A program made the translations under genes and the position numbers. The notes beneath the pieces were generated by a model, which saw only the letters and a program-made list of their open reading frames with translations, searched no databases and was not told the origin of the DNA. A stretch of 50,058 nucleotides of DNA, filler included, from Diploschistes diacapsis (taxonomy: Eukaryota): assembly GCA_023645945.1 (NCBI GenBank). It is 15 parts of 15 records of this genome, joined end to end, with 100 filler letters (N's around TTAATTAATTAA, not from the genome) between each part and the next. Parts side by side here need not be neighbours in the genome. Positions count along the whole stretch, not along the records: positions 22,335 to 23,336 come from JALAIB010004353.1; positions 23,437 to 24,438 come from JALAIB010004354.1; positions 24,539 to 25,540 come from JALAIB010004355.1; positions 25,641 to 26,642 come from JALAIB010004356.1; positions 26,743 to 27,744 come from JALAIB010004357.1; positions 27,845 to 28,845 come from JALAIB010004358.1; positions 28,946 to 29,946 come from JALAIB010004359.1; positions 30,047 to 47,856 come from JALAIB010000436.1; 7 more parts are not named here. One strand, given 5' to 3'. Positions 23,236 through 38,254 of the stretch are shown piece after piece (the stretch's first letter is position 1; every line of letters begins with the position of its first letter).

Positions 23236-24138
23236 TGCGTTATTTAAAAGATTATAATTCGAATTAATTTACTATCCCGTCGCGTTTATATATTAAAAGT
23301 AATATTTCCGAGCAGGTATCACCGTTACAACTACGGNNNNNNNNNNNNNNNNNNNNNNNNNNNNNNNNNNNNNNNNNNNNTTAATTAATTAANNNNNNNN
23401 NNNNNNNNNNNNNNNNNNNNNNNNNNNNNNNNNNNNTTATATAACCTAATATTCCTATAAGAAAGCCGATTTCGTCGAAATTATAAATACCCGAATCGAA
23501 AATATTATATTTATTAATCACGTTACGTATGAGTGTTATGATCTCTATCTCTACAAAATATACACGAGTAGGATCAAGGTGGGTTTGATCTCTATTAGAA
23601 GAAGAATGTGGTAAGAAAAGAAGATAAAGTAGTTATAAGTCTTGGATTATCTCTGGAAAGAAGGCTTTAAGGTGATAAAAGTAACGAATATAGATTAATC
23701 CTAAATAATAATTTAAGATATCTATAAAAATGAACATATTTTAAACTTATAAAGACTATAACGACGTTTTTATATAATCAATAGATCCCTTAATGAAATA
23801 AATAAATAAATAAATAAAATTACCGTTCTTTCTTTCTATTTATAATTAAGTAGAATGATCTTTTAGACCTTTTACCCATCACGTGACCCGTGTCACCCTG
23901 ATTAGACTATATATAAGGAATGGTTGGGAAGTGCCCGACTAGCTATTGCGTGCCAAGTACTACCGACTAGTGCCTTGGATCGTAACATCGCTGCAGAATA
24001 ATGAAATAAAGGAAGTTCGCAAAAACCAAGCTTTGCTATAAACTCTGATCCACACGAGAGGACTGGTGCAGACAAAGACTTGCTGCTGAAGCTCCAAAGA
24101 CGCTCTAAGAAATAATCGAACAATCGTTGCTACCAAAT

Positions 24139-24370
24139 TGTCAGTATAAACTCAAATTATAATGTATATAGAAGATGGATTACTAAAAGCTAGGTGGGCA
24201 GCGAGCCCTTATAGCTACTACAATAGCTGCTAAGAGGGTGGATGCCCAATGGCATAATCACCCATGGCATCACGAGCGACGCCGGCGAAGGCAGGAGCAA
24301 GCGACACCCCTAGTAGCTCAATAGCTACTACAGTTCTTCTTGATTCCGGTTCGGGGAGTATCGTATAATA
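24139..24370. mobile_element. Possible solo LTR
   Basis: Begins TGTCAGTAT and ends TATAATA (a possible RIP product of TATGACA). About 230 bp and GC-richer than its contig. No TSD found. Confidence 0.35.
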
Positions 24371-24538
24371 CTTTTTTTTTATCTGTCGTAGTCGTTATGA
24401 CTGCGCGCAAACGGGATGTATTGATATACGTATATCCGNNNNNNNNNNNNNNNNNNNNNNNNNNNNNNNNNNNNNNNNNNNNTTAATTAATTAANNNNNN
24501 NNNNNNNNNNNNNNNNNNNNNNNNNNNNNNNNNNNNNN

Positions 24539-24952
24539 TGTAGTATCCGTGTCAGTGTCCGTGTTTTAAAAATCTTAATTATAGTGTCCGTGTCCGTGCT
24601 TTCACGGCATTGTAGTGTCCGTGTCAGTGTCCGTGCCGAGAAAATTTTAGCTGCAGTATCCGTATTAGTACTTTTATTATATTATAGTGTCCGTGTTAGT
24701 GTCCGTGTTTTAAAAATCTTAATTATAATGTCCGTGTCCGTGTTTTTATTACAATATAATATCCGTGTTAATATCCGTGCCGAGAAATTTTTTATTACGG
24801 TATCCGTGTCCGTGCTTTTACTACAGTATAGTGTCCGTGTTAATGTCCGTGCCGAGAAAATTTTTTCTGCGGTGTCCGTGTCAGTGTCCGTGTTTTGAAA
24901 TTTTTTGCTGCAGTGTCCGTGTCAGTGACCGTGGCACGAAACGGCCAGCCTA
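24539..24952 (-). mobile_element. hAT-like transposon terminus with long GTGTCCGTGTCAGTGTCCGTG subterminal array
   Basis: Roughly 20 TCCGTG units ending in CCGTGGCACGAAACGGCCAGCCTA, the same end as at 20475. Confidence 0.65.
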
Positions 24953-25640
24953 AATAGAAGACCTGTCCGAGCCTATAATACTAGAATAAATAAAAATAAT
25001 AAATTAAGGATATCTTCGGAAAAGTTAGTAAGAAGTTATTTTTAGAATAATTAAAAAAAAGTTATTTATTATTAAGAATTAATTAATAAAGAAATATTGA
25101 ATTAATAGTCTTTTAATTCTGGCGAATCCGCCACGTTCCTTAACGATAATTAAGATTTTTATAACGTGAACGTTGGCTGATCGGACTTAAAACCAAACAT
25201 AATAATCACGTGCAAGAGCTATAACAAGATTTGGCCCTTTAAAATCAAGTTATATGCTTATCTTGTATCGGATAAATGTTAGGATCAAAAGATAAAATTT
25301 AAGCATTTAAGAAATATTAAGAAGAAGAACATCTCGTTAAATACTACTAGTATAACCGATCTCGTCGTTTTTAATTCTACGTTTTTTATGAGCGTTAACG
25401 ATGTATCGCCGATAATTATTAACGTCTCGTCGAGGTCTATCTCTATTACCATTTCGCCGATCTTAATAGAATCATATTATTATATCGATATCATTATTAA
25501 GTCGGATATAAAGTTTAATCAGAACCCGGGCTTCGGATTTNNNNNNNNNNNNNNNNNNNNNNNNNNNNNNNNNNNNNNNNNNNNTTAATTAATTAANNNN
25601 NNNNNNNNNNNNNNNNNNNNNNNNNNNNNNNNNNNNNNNN

Positions 25641-26154
25641 GGTTTAAAAAAACGAAAACATTTATTATAAAAAAACAACGGGTATCCTTTTAAATAAATC
25701 AGAAAAAGAAATAAAAATCGAGGTAAAAATTAACTAAAAAGAACATCGCGCTTATAAGAAATACAAACACCCAGAAAGAGGGGTAATAAAACAGCCCAAT
25801 TTAAGAACCTACCAAGCTAAGCCTGCCAAGCCACGGCAGAATTAATATACAGATACTTACCAAGCCACGACAGGATTAATGCCCAGACGCTTACCAAGAT
25901 ACGGTAGAATCAATACCCAGATGCTTACCAAGACACGGAAGGGTCAAGAAGTGGCTGTGTAGACGGGTAGTTCCCGAACCCCGGTAAATCTGACATCCAC
26001 ACTACTTAACGGTGCCCTCCTCCCACCTAGATAATTTCTTCTTCAGCTTTTCGAATCGAGACCTTTTACCTGCAGATGCCCAGCTACACGTAATCCTTCA
26101 TGATCAGGCCCAGCCCCCGGTAGTGTAGTATCCCATTCCTGCGCTGGCGTTTCA
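25641..26154 (+). mobile_element. LTR family A 3' end: internal remnant, purine tract AGAAAGAGGGGTAA and 3' LTR 25787-26154
   Basis: The LTR runs TAAAACAGCCC (RIPed TGAAAC) to GGCGTTTCA, with internal ~37-bp tandem units (CCAAGCCACGGCAGAATTAAT...). Confidence 0.85.
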
Positions 26155-26742
26155 TTATTCTTGTATTAAGCTTGCTTTAAAAAAATTAAAAAAATTAATA
26201 TATATGTCTATTATACGGTAAACACGGTGTATCCAGCATAAAAAATATAGTATATCATATACGTTCCTACTTTATCGAAAAAGATCAGTCGTTTTTACGG
26301 AAGTTCGATCATTTAAATAACTAAAATTCTACGTATGTCCGTAATAAAGTCATATACGACAATATATCTTTAAATTAGCTAATAATTGCTGAATCTGATA
26401 TATTTAAGTTATATAAAGGTTTCATTAATTAAACATATGTCAGTTCTTAGGCGAATACGAGCGATTTACGCGAAAAAGATAGCGTAAAAGACTTCGATTA
26501 AAAGAAATTCGCTATTAATGTTTATATGGAATCTAATTATATAGAATTACGAAGTATGTTTAACGCTACTTTTATGAATAAATATAATGGTTTTTCGCGA
26601 AAGCTACTCTCAACGTCTATTATTTAGTATATTAAATTGTATNNNNNNNNNNNNNNNNNNNNNNNNNNNNNNNNNNNNNNNNNNNNTTAATTAATTAANN
26701 NNNNNNNNNNNNNNNNNNNNNNNNNNNNNNNNNNNNNNNNNN

Positions 26743-26948
26743 TACAGGAATACTACACAACCAGGGGCTGAGCCTGATCTGGAAGGATCACGTGTAGCTG
26801 CAATCTGTAGGCTGAATGGTTCAGATTCGAAAAGGTAAGGAAGGAACTATCTAGGTGGGAGCAGGGCACATATAAATAGTCTGGGTGCCAGCCCTACTGC
26901 CCTACGGGGTTCAACCCTTGAACCCACAAACGATCAGGATGTTCCAAT
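26743..26948 (-). mobile_element. Diverged LTR family A-related copy
   Basis: The GGGGCTGAGCCTGATCTGGAAGGATCACGTGTAGCTG...ATTCGAAAAG core is shared, but the distal end is different. Confidence 0.7.
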
Positions 26949-27259
26949 AATAAAATAATTACTTTCGCGGCTAATATCCGAAATAATAGTTCGTACATCC
27001 TTCGCCTTCGGCGGATTTATAAGGATCGTAATAAAAAAGAAATCAAGATTTCCGCCGAAATAATCAGCGAGAAACTAATTATATCTATTAAAAAATAAAT
27101 TAATAATAAATTTACTATAATTGCCATAAGAAAGGATATTTCGCTAGTAGCTGCCCCGAGCGAGAATCTAAATCGGAAAAAGATTAGCTTCTTTATAAAC
27201 TTTAAATAAAAGATTTAACGAATAAATAAACGATAACGACGAGAAAACGTCTCGATAGC

Positions 27260-27744
27260 ATAATTAGGCGATTATAAGAACCTTAAACGAAGAATTCTTA
27301 ATTGCGCCCGTATTAACGGTAGATATAATATTAAGAAAGGGATATAAGAGCTTTAAAATCCTAGTATTAATCGACACGGAGGTTAACGGAATATGTTTTA
27401 TCGATAAAGAATTCGTTAAATAATTTAAAGATCGGTTTAATTTCGTCTCGGTAAAGCTATCGAAGAAAATAGGTAACATTTACGTCGACGATAAACTATA
27501 ACGGCCTATTATTTACGTTCTTTATCTATTAATTTAGTTAGAAGATCATTTTAGTAACATAATTTCTTTTTATATTTTATTAAAGATCGGAAAGCACCGC
27601 GTGATTATTAATAGAAAGTGGTTTCACCTGTAGAGCGTAATGGTAGATTGTGTTACCTCCGAAATGACCTTTAAACCAAATTACTGCAGTTATCTGGAAT
27701 TATCACCCGTTAAAAAACAAAAAGAAGTCGAGGAAGCCTTAACT
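27260..27744 (+). mobile_element. RIP-mutated Gypsy aspartic protease region
   Basis: KILVLIDTEVNGICFIDKEFV corresponds to ALIDTGAxGxxFID. Confidence 0.7.
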
Positions 27745-27844
27745 NNNNNNNNNNNNNNNNNNNNNNNNNNNNNNNNNNNNNNNNNNNNTTAATTAATTAA
27801 NNNNNNNNNNNNNNNNNNNNNNNNNNNNNNNNNNNNNNNNNNNN

Positions 27845-28277
27845 TTTACGCGGACGATTATGCGCTAAATAATAATTCTTAAAATCGAGATTAAGATACT
27901 TCGTACGGCGAATAAGGTATTTAATAAACGAAAAAGAGTTAAAAAAACGCGCGTATAAATTAAAGGATTATTTAACGTATTAAAAGTAATCGTATTATAA
28001 TTTTTTAAGATCGAAATTCGTAAAAAAAAAACTAATATATCTAAAAATAAAGATCGTACGAAAGAGATCGGATTACGCGTACGATGTTATAATAAATATA
28101 ATTAGTCCGAATATAATGCGCGAACTTGCAAAATAAAATCTATAGCTTCTAAGAAAGATATCAATAATTAATATAATAAATTATCGTAAGAATTGATTGC
28201 GTAAATATAATTATAACTCGTACGAATCGAGAAGAGTGTCCGTTCGCTATGAATGTCCGCTCGCTATGCATATACGT
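27845..28277 (+). mobile_element. RIP-mutated Fot1/pogo (Tc1-mariner) transposon 3' end with right TIR, followed by TA
   Basis: LRTANKVFNKRKRVKKTRV*IKG and RCYNKYN*SEYNARTC (degenerate C-terminal CCHC). The TIR is ...TCCGCTCGCTATGCATATACGT|TA. Confidence 0.82.
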
Positions 28278-28562
28278 TAATAGATTTAAATTCATTAAGT
28301 TAGCTAAAATATCGTGTTTTAAAATACGACCATCGCGTCGAGCAATAAACGTCGTACGAAAAACCTTATATATCTAAAATACGCGTTTTATATTAAGCTT
28401 TAGGTCTTGTTTAATAGCCTAAAATGTCATTAGGATTATATTTTTAACCAAAGATAATTCCATAATCGTACGCGTAGAAAATTAATACAAAAGTTAAAAA
28501 TTCGTAAAATTGGATGAGGGATATCCGCTCGCTATGAATGTCCGCTCGCTATGCATATACGT
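28278..28562 (-). mobile_element. RIP-mutated Fot1/pogo transposon 5' end (left TIR plus HTH-psq), same family, opposite orientation
   Basis: Same TIR ending 28562. The minus-strand translation IILMTF*AIKQDLKLNIKRVF*IYKVFRTTFIARRDG is HTH_psq-like. Confidence 0.78.
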
Positions 28563-29206
28563 TAATCGATCTCGTAATTCTTAAATGTTCGATATGGGAT
28601 ATCGGTTTTTCACGATGATAATATTAAGCTTTCGGAAGTCGATATAGGGTCGAAAGGTAATTCCTTTTTTGCCGTTAGGTTTCGGAACGAAAATAATTAG
28701 AAATAATACGGGTGATTTAGATTTTCGAATATATTTTTTCTTAAACATGTTTTAAAGACATTATTTAAGGAATTTCAGTTCATCGCTAATGTTTTATAAA
28801 AAAGTCTAAACTTTAAAATTTCTCCGTCCATAAGTTCGATAATATNNNNNNNNNNNNNNNNNNNNNNNNNNNNNNNNNNNNNNNNNNNNTTAATTAATTA
28901 ANNNNNNNNNNNNNNNNNNNNNNNNNNNNNNNNNNNNNNNNNNNNCCCCCAGACTGTACAAGATCAAAAGCCCCGCGCCTGAGGCCGGTACTGTGATGAT
29001 CCCATTCTTCAAGGCCATTCATTGTACTTCTTCCGGGAGGCAGTTCCGCAAGGGTTGGATGTTACAGTGCATTCATCAATTCGTTGCTGCTGCACTTGAC
29101 CGAGCTTGCTTGACAAGGTTCCGAAGATGCAGTGTGGATAGATAAGACAGGTGTATGTATCTCTCGTTTAGGTACGGTAGATGATCGAGAAACAGGCGGG
29201 GTAGAG

Positions 29207-29239
29207 AGGAGGAGGAGGAGGAGGAGGAGGAGGAGGAGG
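29207..29239. repeat. (GAG)n microsatellite
   Basis: About 11 consecutive GAG units. Confidence 0.9.
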
Positions 29240-30046
29240 ATCCATACTTTTCAGAGCTCGTAAATGCACCTCTCCGTAGTGCCCTCCCTACCTGTAGTAG
29301 TACTCCCACACAGGGAGGGGACAAGCTGTACAGCAAAAAAGTTTATTTTTTCCTAAGCGGCTTTTGAATAATAGGCTTGGAGTAAGTAGCCCCCGCCCCC
29401 CTCCCCCCTCTCTGCGTACAAAATGCTAGCGCGACCCGGCATCTCTCTGCGCGCCTTTGATTAGCCAAGCTCTCCAGTTGAAAGAAACAAAGCCCGTCGA
29501 TTGGCGGCTGGCCTCGCTTTGTTTTGGTCATTGGTTGGCGTGTTTTGCCCTCTTCCCTGTTCGGAGAAGCCCAACAATGACCCGAGGCTGGTTTGGATAA
29601 GACTTCTTTCTGATTGGGTCTGTTTCTCCATTGTCTCAAGCCTTTGTGCACGACCCTGCAGTAGATCTGACGTGTGAGGGATGGGCGTTCTTTTGGTATT
29701 GGGGTAAGTTGTGGGGTTGTGTCGGTGAAGTTCGGATCGAAACCCAGCCGTACCGTATGCTATAAGGAGTGAACAGGCTCGGGGCATTCTACCCTACGAG
29801 AAAAAAAAAAGGTAGACATGGCAAAACCCACGCAACAGCTACCGCTACTCTTCGAGTTCCGGTCCAGCAAGCCCTTTATACTAGCGACGATAATAATAGC
29901 TGTCTTCACCGTAAGTCCCCCCCCCCCCTTCGAGACCCTCATATACNNNNNNNNNNNNNNNNNNNNNNNNNNNNNNNNNNNNNNNNNNNNTTAATTAATT
30001 AANNNNNNNNNNNNNNNNNNNNNNNNNNNNNNNNNNNNNNNNNNNN

Positions 30047-33000
30047 GCCTAAAGGTAGCCACCTCAAACGCCCGAAGCGTGATAGCAACACTCTTCCCCT
30101 CCTCGCATTGAATGTCCACCTCCGCCAGATCGTCCTCCAGCACGTTCGTCTTCGTCACCTTCTTCACGTCCAACAGATGCTCGTCCCAACCGATCCTTCC
30201 CCTCGACGTCCCTCCCAAGCTGTCGTAGATCCTCAGTATGATGCTCCTGCCCTTCCGCTTGGGCAGCTCGCCGCGCGACACGTCCTCGTCGTCTTCGCCG
30301 CGCTTGATGCAGTCCAGCACCAGCGAGGGCGAGCCCGTGAGGCGGATGGCCTCGAAGATGGAGGGATGTGCCGCCGCTGCGGAAGACAGGGGCTTGAGGA
30401 GGCGGTGGGGGTGGTTGAAGTTGTAGGCCGTGCGGACGGTGCGGGAGTCGAGGGGCCCGCTGTGGGGAAGGATGGCGTATTTGAAGCGGTGCTTGCCTGG
30501 TGCGCGTTCGTCAGTAGGGGGGCTCTAGGCAGTAAGACGTGAGAGAGTTTGGCTTACCCATGTCGGCGTGAGCGTCCGGGGCCTTTGGCGCGCGGAGCAG
30601 CGAAAGTCTCATTAGGTTGCCGCATGTTGCGAAGCCGTACTTGCTGTCGTTCAGTATCGATACGCCGTAGCCGTGCTCGGAGAGATCTGCCCACTTGTGG
30701 CAGCAGACTTCGAACTTGGCCATGTCCCAACTCGTGTTGTAGTGCGTGGGTCGGCGTACGATGCCGTATTGAGTTTCGTACGAGGCCTCGGTGTTGGTGA
30801 CGTCGACCGGGAACTCGACCTTGAGGAACTTCATGGTCTCGTGCCATTCTACCTCGCTTTCCATCTCTACATACGATGGCTGATCTGCGAAGGCAGTTCT
30901 GAGGGTCATGGTTGTCTTGATCCAGCTCTTGTCGCTGATCATGGTCTCTGTGACGACACTCGCATGGTACGGACCGGACTCTGCGATTCGCGTTTCTCCT
31001 GAGCGTAATTCCTTCCGTGACTCGAGATGATAGACTTCGACGTCCCATGCCTGCCAGTATAGCGGCTTGTCGTCAAAAATCACCAATTGATTCGCCTTTC
31101 CACCCTCGGGAATGACTTCTCGCTGCACTTTCCGATCGTACAGAGAAATGATAACACCTTCGCGGACTCGTATCATGAGATCCGCGTTGCCCAAAATGAC
31201 CACGCCTTCACCCATTGATTTCGCGAATACCTGGTCGTGATCAGATGAGTACGTCGGAAGTACTGTAGTTACGGCTAGACCTATGCCCTCCACATGCGCG
31301 TAGCCAGTTTCTGAGCCTGGCACTTCAATGATCCCTTCTCGTTGCCATGGAAGAGTATTCAAAGCCATGGGCCGCCCCTTGCCGGCATACTCGGCAAAAC
31401 CCAATACCCCCAAAGCTTCCTTCATAACTGCGTTACCAGTCTTGAAAACTTCGGCATATACCTTGTCCGAATCGTCGTAGCACATCTCGATTGAGCTCCC
31501 AGGCAAGCAGTCATGAAACTGGCATAGCAGAATACCTTCCCACATGTCGTCAATCTCCTTCTTCGGATACTTGTAAGACTTGTCTTTGATCGTCGCGAGA
31601 GTCGCCAGATATTCAATGTCATGCATCAAAATCTCCGTTTTGCGATTGTTCCATTTGTTGTTCGCTTGGGTAGTGTAGGTACCTCGGTGCAGTTCGAAGT
31701 ATAATTCGCCATACCACGTAACAAACTCAGTGCTGCCATCCGCAGCCTTCTGCTCAAGCCTATCAAAGAAGTCTTCTACAGAGTCCCCCATCTTCACGCG
31801 GGGGAGCAGCCCCGTCCTGTCACTCATACCGCGACAACGTCTGAGCTTCTCAAGATGGGTGAAGGTTGGCCCCCCTCCGCCGTCTCCCTTGCCGAACACT
31901 AGCAATGATGTGTTGTCCTCATTGAGTGACTTATGCTGAGTAACGCTTCGCCTGACATCACCAAAGTTCGCATCGGCAGTGTAGGTTTCCGAAGGTGCCA
32001 TGTGGCAGATAACCTGACTGCCATCTAGAGATACCCAATTAAAGGTCGTGTGTGGAAAGTTGTTGATATTGTTCCAACTAAGCTTCTGGGTGAAGAATCT
32101 ATTCATCCCTGCAAGACGACATAGCTGCGGCAGCTGTGTAGAGTAGCCGAAAGTGTCTGGAAGCCAGAATGTCCTACATCTATCTCCAAAATGGCTTTCG
32201 AAGAATCGCTGACCGTACAGAAACTGTCGCACGAGCGACTCTCCACTTGGCATATTTGTGTCATGCTCAACCCAACTGCCACCGATCGGCTGGAAGGTCC
32301 CTTTCTTAATCTTTGCCTTGACTCGGTCATAGAGCGACGGGTAATGCTGTTCTAGCCACTTGTACTGCTGAGCCTGGGAGCATGTGAAGCGATGTTCGGG
32401 ATAACGATCCATCAGATTGCATTGATTCGACCAAGAGCGAGCCACTTTTCGCTTCGTCTCCGCCCACGGCCAGAGCCAGCAAGTGTCGATGTGGCAATGA
32501 CCAATAGCATACACAATGGGAACCTTATCTGATTCGTATACCTTGTGAGAGTCGACGTTTCCAATGTACTCTCTCGCAATCTCCCTTCCTTTCAGTATTG
32601 ATTCATGACTACCGTTGTCGGCAATGAAGACGTCCATGATCTCGTTGCATATTTGAAGAGCCTTATGCTTCTCCCAAGAATCACCGGGAAACTCTCGCGC
32701 GGCATCTCCAACTTCCCAGAAGTCCACATACAACTGTCTCGCTTCAAGATCAACCGCGACAATGTCCGCTGTTTGGAGTGTGAAGTATTTATTCGGGTTG
32801 GGTGGTTGGATAGAGTCTCCGCCTGGAGCATTCCCAAACATTCCATTGCAAGCCATCTCAATGTAAAATATGTGTTCCTCTCCATCTCGCCAGGCTGAAG
32901 GAAAGATCCACTCAACTCTATCCCCTCCACCTGTCAAGCCTTGCAGTGGTTCTCCGGACTCACTCCATACCAAGCCTTCGTTGCCCGCGTCCCAGTGGAA

Positions 33001-33366
33001 CTCAAGGTGTTCCTTCCTTTGAAGCTCGCTTGGTACTTTGATGGCTATTCTGAACCAATGCGTAGACCAGCTCGGACCAAAGCTTTCGCCCTTGTTGGTC
33101 TGTTTGAATGTGCCGTTCTTGATGGCATCTTTGAAAGTCGGACGCTCGAGGTGTGGTACTGAGTATACTGAAAGTTTCACATGATCGTCCCCCGATGCTC
33201 TACCTTCGTAAAGCTTTGCAAGTAAACTCTGGTGTTCATACTGCCCGCCGCTTGTGAACTGGCGCAGCCTATCTGTATAGATGCTCTCAATCTGCTTGCC
33301 CTTTGGACGGGACACAAGCTGGGGATAAGGGTTATATAAAGCCCTAGATTGGGTTTCTCCGCCCAT
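30047..33366 (-). CDS. ams1: Cytosolic/vacuolar alpha-mannosidase, GH38 (Ams1); intron 30497-30557; last codons cut by contig end
   Basis: GHCHIDTCWLWP, FWLPDTFGYS (nucleophile Asp), GELYFELHRGTYT, QFHDCLPGS, LSLLRAPKAPD and C-terminal LRAFEVATFR. Confidence 0.96.
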
Positions 33367-33579
33367 TGTCTTTATGCGGAGTAAAGATTCGAGCTAGGTT
33401 AAGGTCTTCTAGGCACCTGTAGGGAGCTTAAAGCTGGAAATCGAGGGGATGGAGAGCTCACTTGCAGGAGGAACGTCCGATTGGCTGATACATACGCGGA
33501 GCCCCATCGGAGTTACGGACGGGACGTCAATATTCATGTCGACCTCCCCAAGCTCGCAGCTTCTAGTGCCGCTTGGGTA

Positions 33580-35234
33580 ATGGATGTTCCAGTATTGTCG
33601 AGGGTATTCCGGCGGCTTTTTTCCCATGAGACCTGCTCGAAGCTGCGATATTCACAAATTTCAGGCTGCCATATACAGCAGCGAGGCTTTGCCTACTCGC
33701 GGAGCTTCGCAGCGCCCAAGCGCGGAGATCAATCGTTCAATCGGGACAGCGAATGGCAGCAGAGGATCGACTTCTATCCAAAGGACAGATCACAGGAATT
33801 CGAAAAGTACCCATTGGTGACAGCAGACTCGCTGAGGTCATGGAAGAACCGGCCGCGGCGAGTGAAGATGCTGACGAGGAACTTCATAGAAGGTGAATGA
33901 AGAGCTTCTCGTCTAGTACGATTCTGCTGACACGGGTTGCGCACTTCTAGATAGCCTATACAACCCCAATTATGGCTACTTCTCTAAGCAAGCCGTCATC
34001 TTCAACCCTGGCGAGCCCTTTGACTTCAACAACATGCGCAACGAAGCCGAGTTCCACTCCCTCCTTGGCCAGCGCTATACCCAGTTCGAAGACAAGCTGG
34101 ACGACATCTCCCCCGACGATACGCGACAGCTCTGGCACACACCCACCGAGCTCTTCCGCCCTTACTACGGCGAGGCCATCGCGCGCTACCTCGTCGAGAA
34201 TTACAAGCTTACTCACCACCCCTACCACGACCTAATAATCTACGAAATGGGCGCCGGTAACGGCACACTGATGCTCAACGTCCTGGACCACATCCGTGAC
34301 ATGTACCCAGAGGTATACGCGCACACACAATTCAAGATCATCGAGATCAGCTCGGCCCTCGTGTCCCTACAATCCTCGCAGCTCAGCAAAACCGCCGAAT
34401 CCCGCGGCCACGCAGAGCACGTGGAGATCATCAACAAGTCCATCTTCGACTGGGACAGCCTTGTACCAGAACCATGCTGGTTCCTCGCGCTCGAAGTTTT
34501 CGACAACTTCGCCCACGACTGCATCCGTTACGACCCCCGGACGGGCCAGGCCATGCAGTCCTCCGTCCTGGTTGACGGCGCCGGCGACTTCTTCGAGTTC
34601 TACTCCCAGACCCTCGACCCGGTCGCAGAGCGCTACCTTCGCGTCCGTGACGCTGCTGTAAGGCACAACGCCGCGGCGCTAAGCCAGCACCCTCTCCTCG
34701 CCTCCTCGCCCTTCTGGCGCCGTATGCGCGCCGCCCTGCCCCTCGCCCCGAACCTGACGGACCCAGAGTACATACCAACGCGCCTGATGCAGTTCTTCGA
34801 CAAGCTCAACGCGTACTTCCCCCTGCACCGACTGCTGACCAGCGACTTCCACGCCCTGCCGGACGCCGTGCGCGGCTTCAACGCGCCCGTCGTGCAGACG
34901 CGGTACCAGCGGCGCACGATTCCTGTGACAACGCCCTTTGTAAGTGCCTCCACTCTCAGAAAGCACCCTTGATTGTCCTACAGCAAACAAGTGCCTCGCT
35001 AACGTCCCGTTCCCTGGTTGCAAGGTTCACCAGGGCTTCTTCGACATCCTGTTCCCGACCAATTTCCCCGTCGTGGAGGACATGTACAGGGTCATCACGG
35101 GCAAATTCACGCGGCTGCTGTCGCACGAGGATTTTCTCAGGCGCTGGGCGTATGTGGAGGACACGCGGACGAAGAATGGGGAGAATCCGATGCTGGGGTG
35201 GTATAAGAATGCGACGGTTATGTTGACTGTGTAG
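33580..35234 (+). CDS. Mitochondrial SAM-dependent methyltransferase, NDUFAF7/MidA (DUF185) family; introns 33893-33950 and 34940-35024
   Basis: RNFIEDSLYNPNYGYFS, LWHTPTELF.PYYGEAIA, IYEMGAGNGTL (SAM motif), ALEVFDNF and QGFFDILFPT. The start codon is inferred. Confidence 0.88.
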
Positions 35235-35530
35235 TTGAAGGGGCGAGGTGGCTGGATACATCACGTCCAGGACTGTGATGGCCAGTGTTTGTATCAGCGG
35301 GGCTATTTTGTGTTAGATTGGCTAGTTACTGCAGCCTGCCCCCCTGCGCGCGCAGTTAGTTGTGGTCACAGCTTCCATGTTCCCAAGGCACTTTAAGAGC
35401 GAACGAACACGCAGTATCTTATTCTATCTCTTATCTTGTGAAGCTCTACAACTAGTAATAGCTTTCTCTTACGCTACAAGTACTTCATGATCAAGCGACC
35501 AACGAACATGCCAACTAAGCCTCGAGCTCA

Positions 35531-38254
<2,724 letters not shown>

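Noticed and set aside
20240..24952. TCCGTG and GGCGAAA arrays as CRISPR or telomere repeats
   Set aside because: Eukaryotic context, no constant repeat-spacer structure, not TTAGGG-like, and they end in defined TIR-like termini.
28946..29946. Gene or attenuator uORF in the non-RIPed 1-kb contig
   Set aside because: Only short ORFs without recognisable motifs. CCAAT boxes and homopolymers suggest a promoter or UTR fragment, but no gene can be assigned.
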